This document shows, one piece after another, positions 63,628 through 64,000 of a stretch of 64,000 nt of DNA. Every line of letters begins with the position of its first letter. Within the stretch, counting starts at the first letter, position 1. Made by a program: the position numbers and the translations under genes. This DNA is from Candidatus Gastranaerophilales bacterium (GTDB taxonomy: Bacteria > Cyanobacteriota > Vampirovibrionia > Gastranaerophilales > Gastranaerophilaceae), in NCBI GenBank assembly GCA_944325085.1, contig CALUYT010000061.1, positions 29,241 to 93,240 of the forward strand. Direction: 5' to 3'. The notes beneath the pieces are model-generated. The model made no database searches, was not told the DNA's origin, and saw only the letters and a list, made by a program, of their open reading frames with translations.

Positions 63628-64000
63628 ATGAAAAACAATATTTGGTTTGTTATTGCGTGTGTATTAGTGTTTTTTGTTGGATACAATATGAATGATGTTG
63701 CGGTATCTTTTCCTAGGTATAAAGTTGCAGTTATAGATGTTCCTGAAGTTTTATCAAATTCAAGTGAAATTCAGGCTTTGAAACGATCTCAAGATAGAGA
63801 AATGGAGGAGTTAAATACACTTATATCTAAGGCTCAAAACGAATTGTTAAATGAACACGATAGAACAAAACTTTTGCAAAAAGAATCTGAATATAGAAAA
63901 CAAATAGAAGCAAAAAAACAAAATATGGACAAAGAATATAATTCAAAGTTGGCAAAAATAAATGATAATATTAAATCTTTGATATCCAAAGAAGCTAAAA
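63628..64000 (+). CDS. skp: OmpH/Skp-like periplasmic chaperone (partial, runs off the right edge)
   Basis: ATG 63628 after GAAAGGA. N-terminal hydrophobic segment IWFVIACVLVFFVGY, then a K/E/Q-rich coiled-coil (IQALKRSQDREMEELNTLISKAQNELL...) as in Skp. No stop before 64000. Confidence 0.6.
   Translation, partial: MKNNIWFVIACVLVFFVGYNMNDVAVSFPRYKVAVIDVPEVLSNSSEIQALKRSQDREMEELNTLISKAQNELLNEHDRTKLLQKESEYRKQIEAKKQNMDKEYNSKLAKINDNIKSLISKEAK

Noticed and set aside
1-64000. Searched for CRISPR arrays, transposases or integrases, long direct or inverted repeats, rRNA or tRNA genes, and classical defence or toxin-antitoxin cassettes
   Set aside because: None were found by eye. Every ORF of 100 aa or more is either housekeeping or an ORFan without nuclease, recombinase or toxin motifs, and no regularly spaced repeats were seen.

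Overview
AT-rich (roughly one-third G+C by eye), densely coding bacterial chromosomal segment. It holds about 60 protein genes. I saw no rRNA or tRNA genes, no CRISPR array, and no transposase or integrase. Most of it is core housekeeping of a diderm bacterium. DNA topology, repair and uptake: gyrA, priA, pcrA, topA, ssb, dprA, comM, comF. Export: secD, secF, ftsY. Envelope: murJ, SpoIID-like, PBP1A, nagZ, dapA, dapF, LptC/LptA-like, GT9 heptosyltransferase, OmpA-like, Skp. Translation and transcription: rpsF-ssb-rpsR, rpsA, cysS, nusB. Cofactors and metabolism: ribE-ribBA, bioB, ispH, aroE. There is also a FliA-type sigma-28 factor. The long NusB, a small DprA-like Rossmann protein and the low GC with LPS genes are compatible with a non-photosynthetic cyanobacteria-related (Melainabacteria-like) or similar gut lineage, but that is only a guess. 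Four observations deserve a second look. (1) A 5.8-kb block of three consecutive ORFans (383, 259 and 1206 aa; 49064..54905) contains promoter-like elements, a possible FliK-like core and Trp-anchored repeats. (2) A two-TM protein gene is split by a frame change on an A7 tract (4488..4873), with an intact paralogue at 37493..37846. (3) Sigma-28-like promoters lie in front of two ORFans, while fliA itself sits in the window. (4) The 410-nt gap 62518..62928 holds an orphan intrinsic terminator, ATAAC(C) repeats, a mini-ORF and a 12-bp palindrome. Function calls come from motif recognition in the translated ORFs. No database search was possible.
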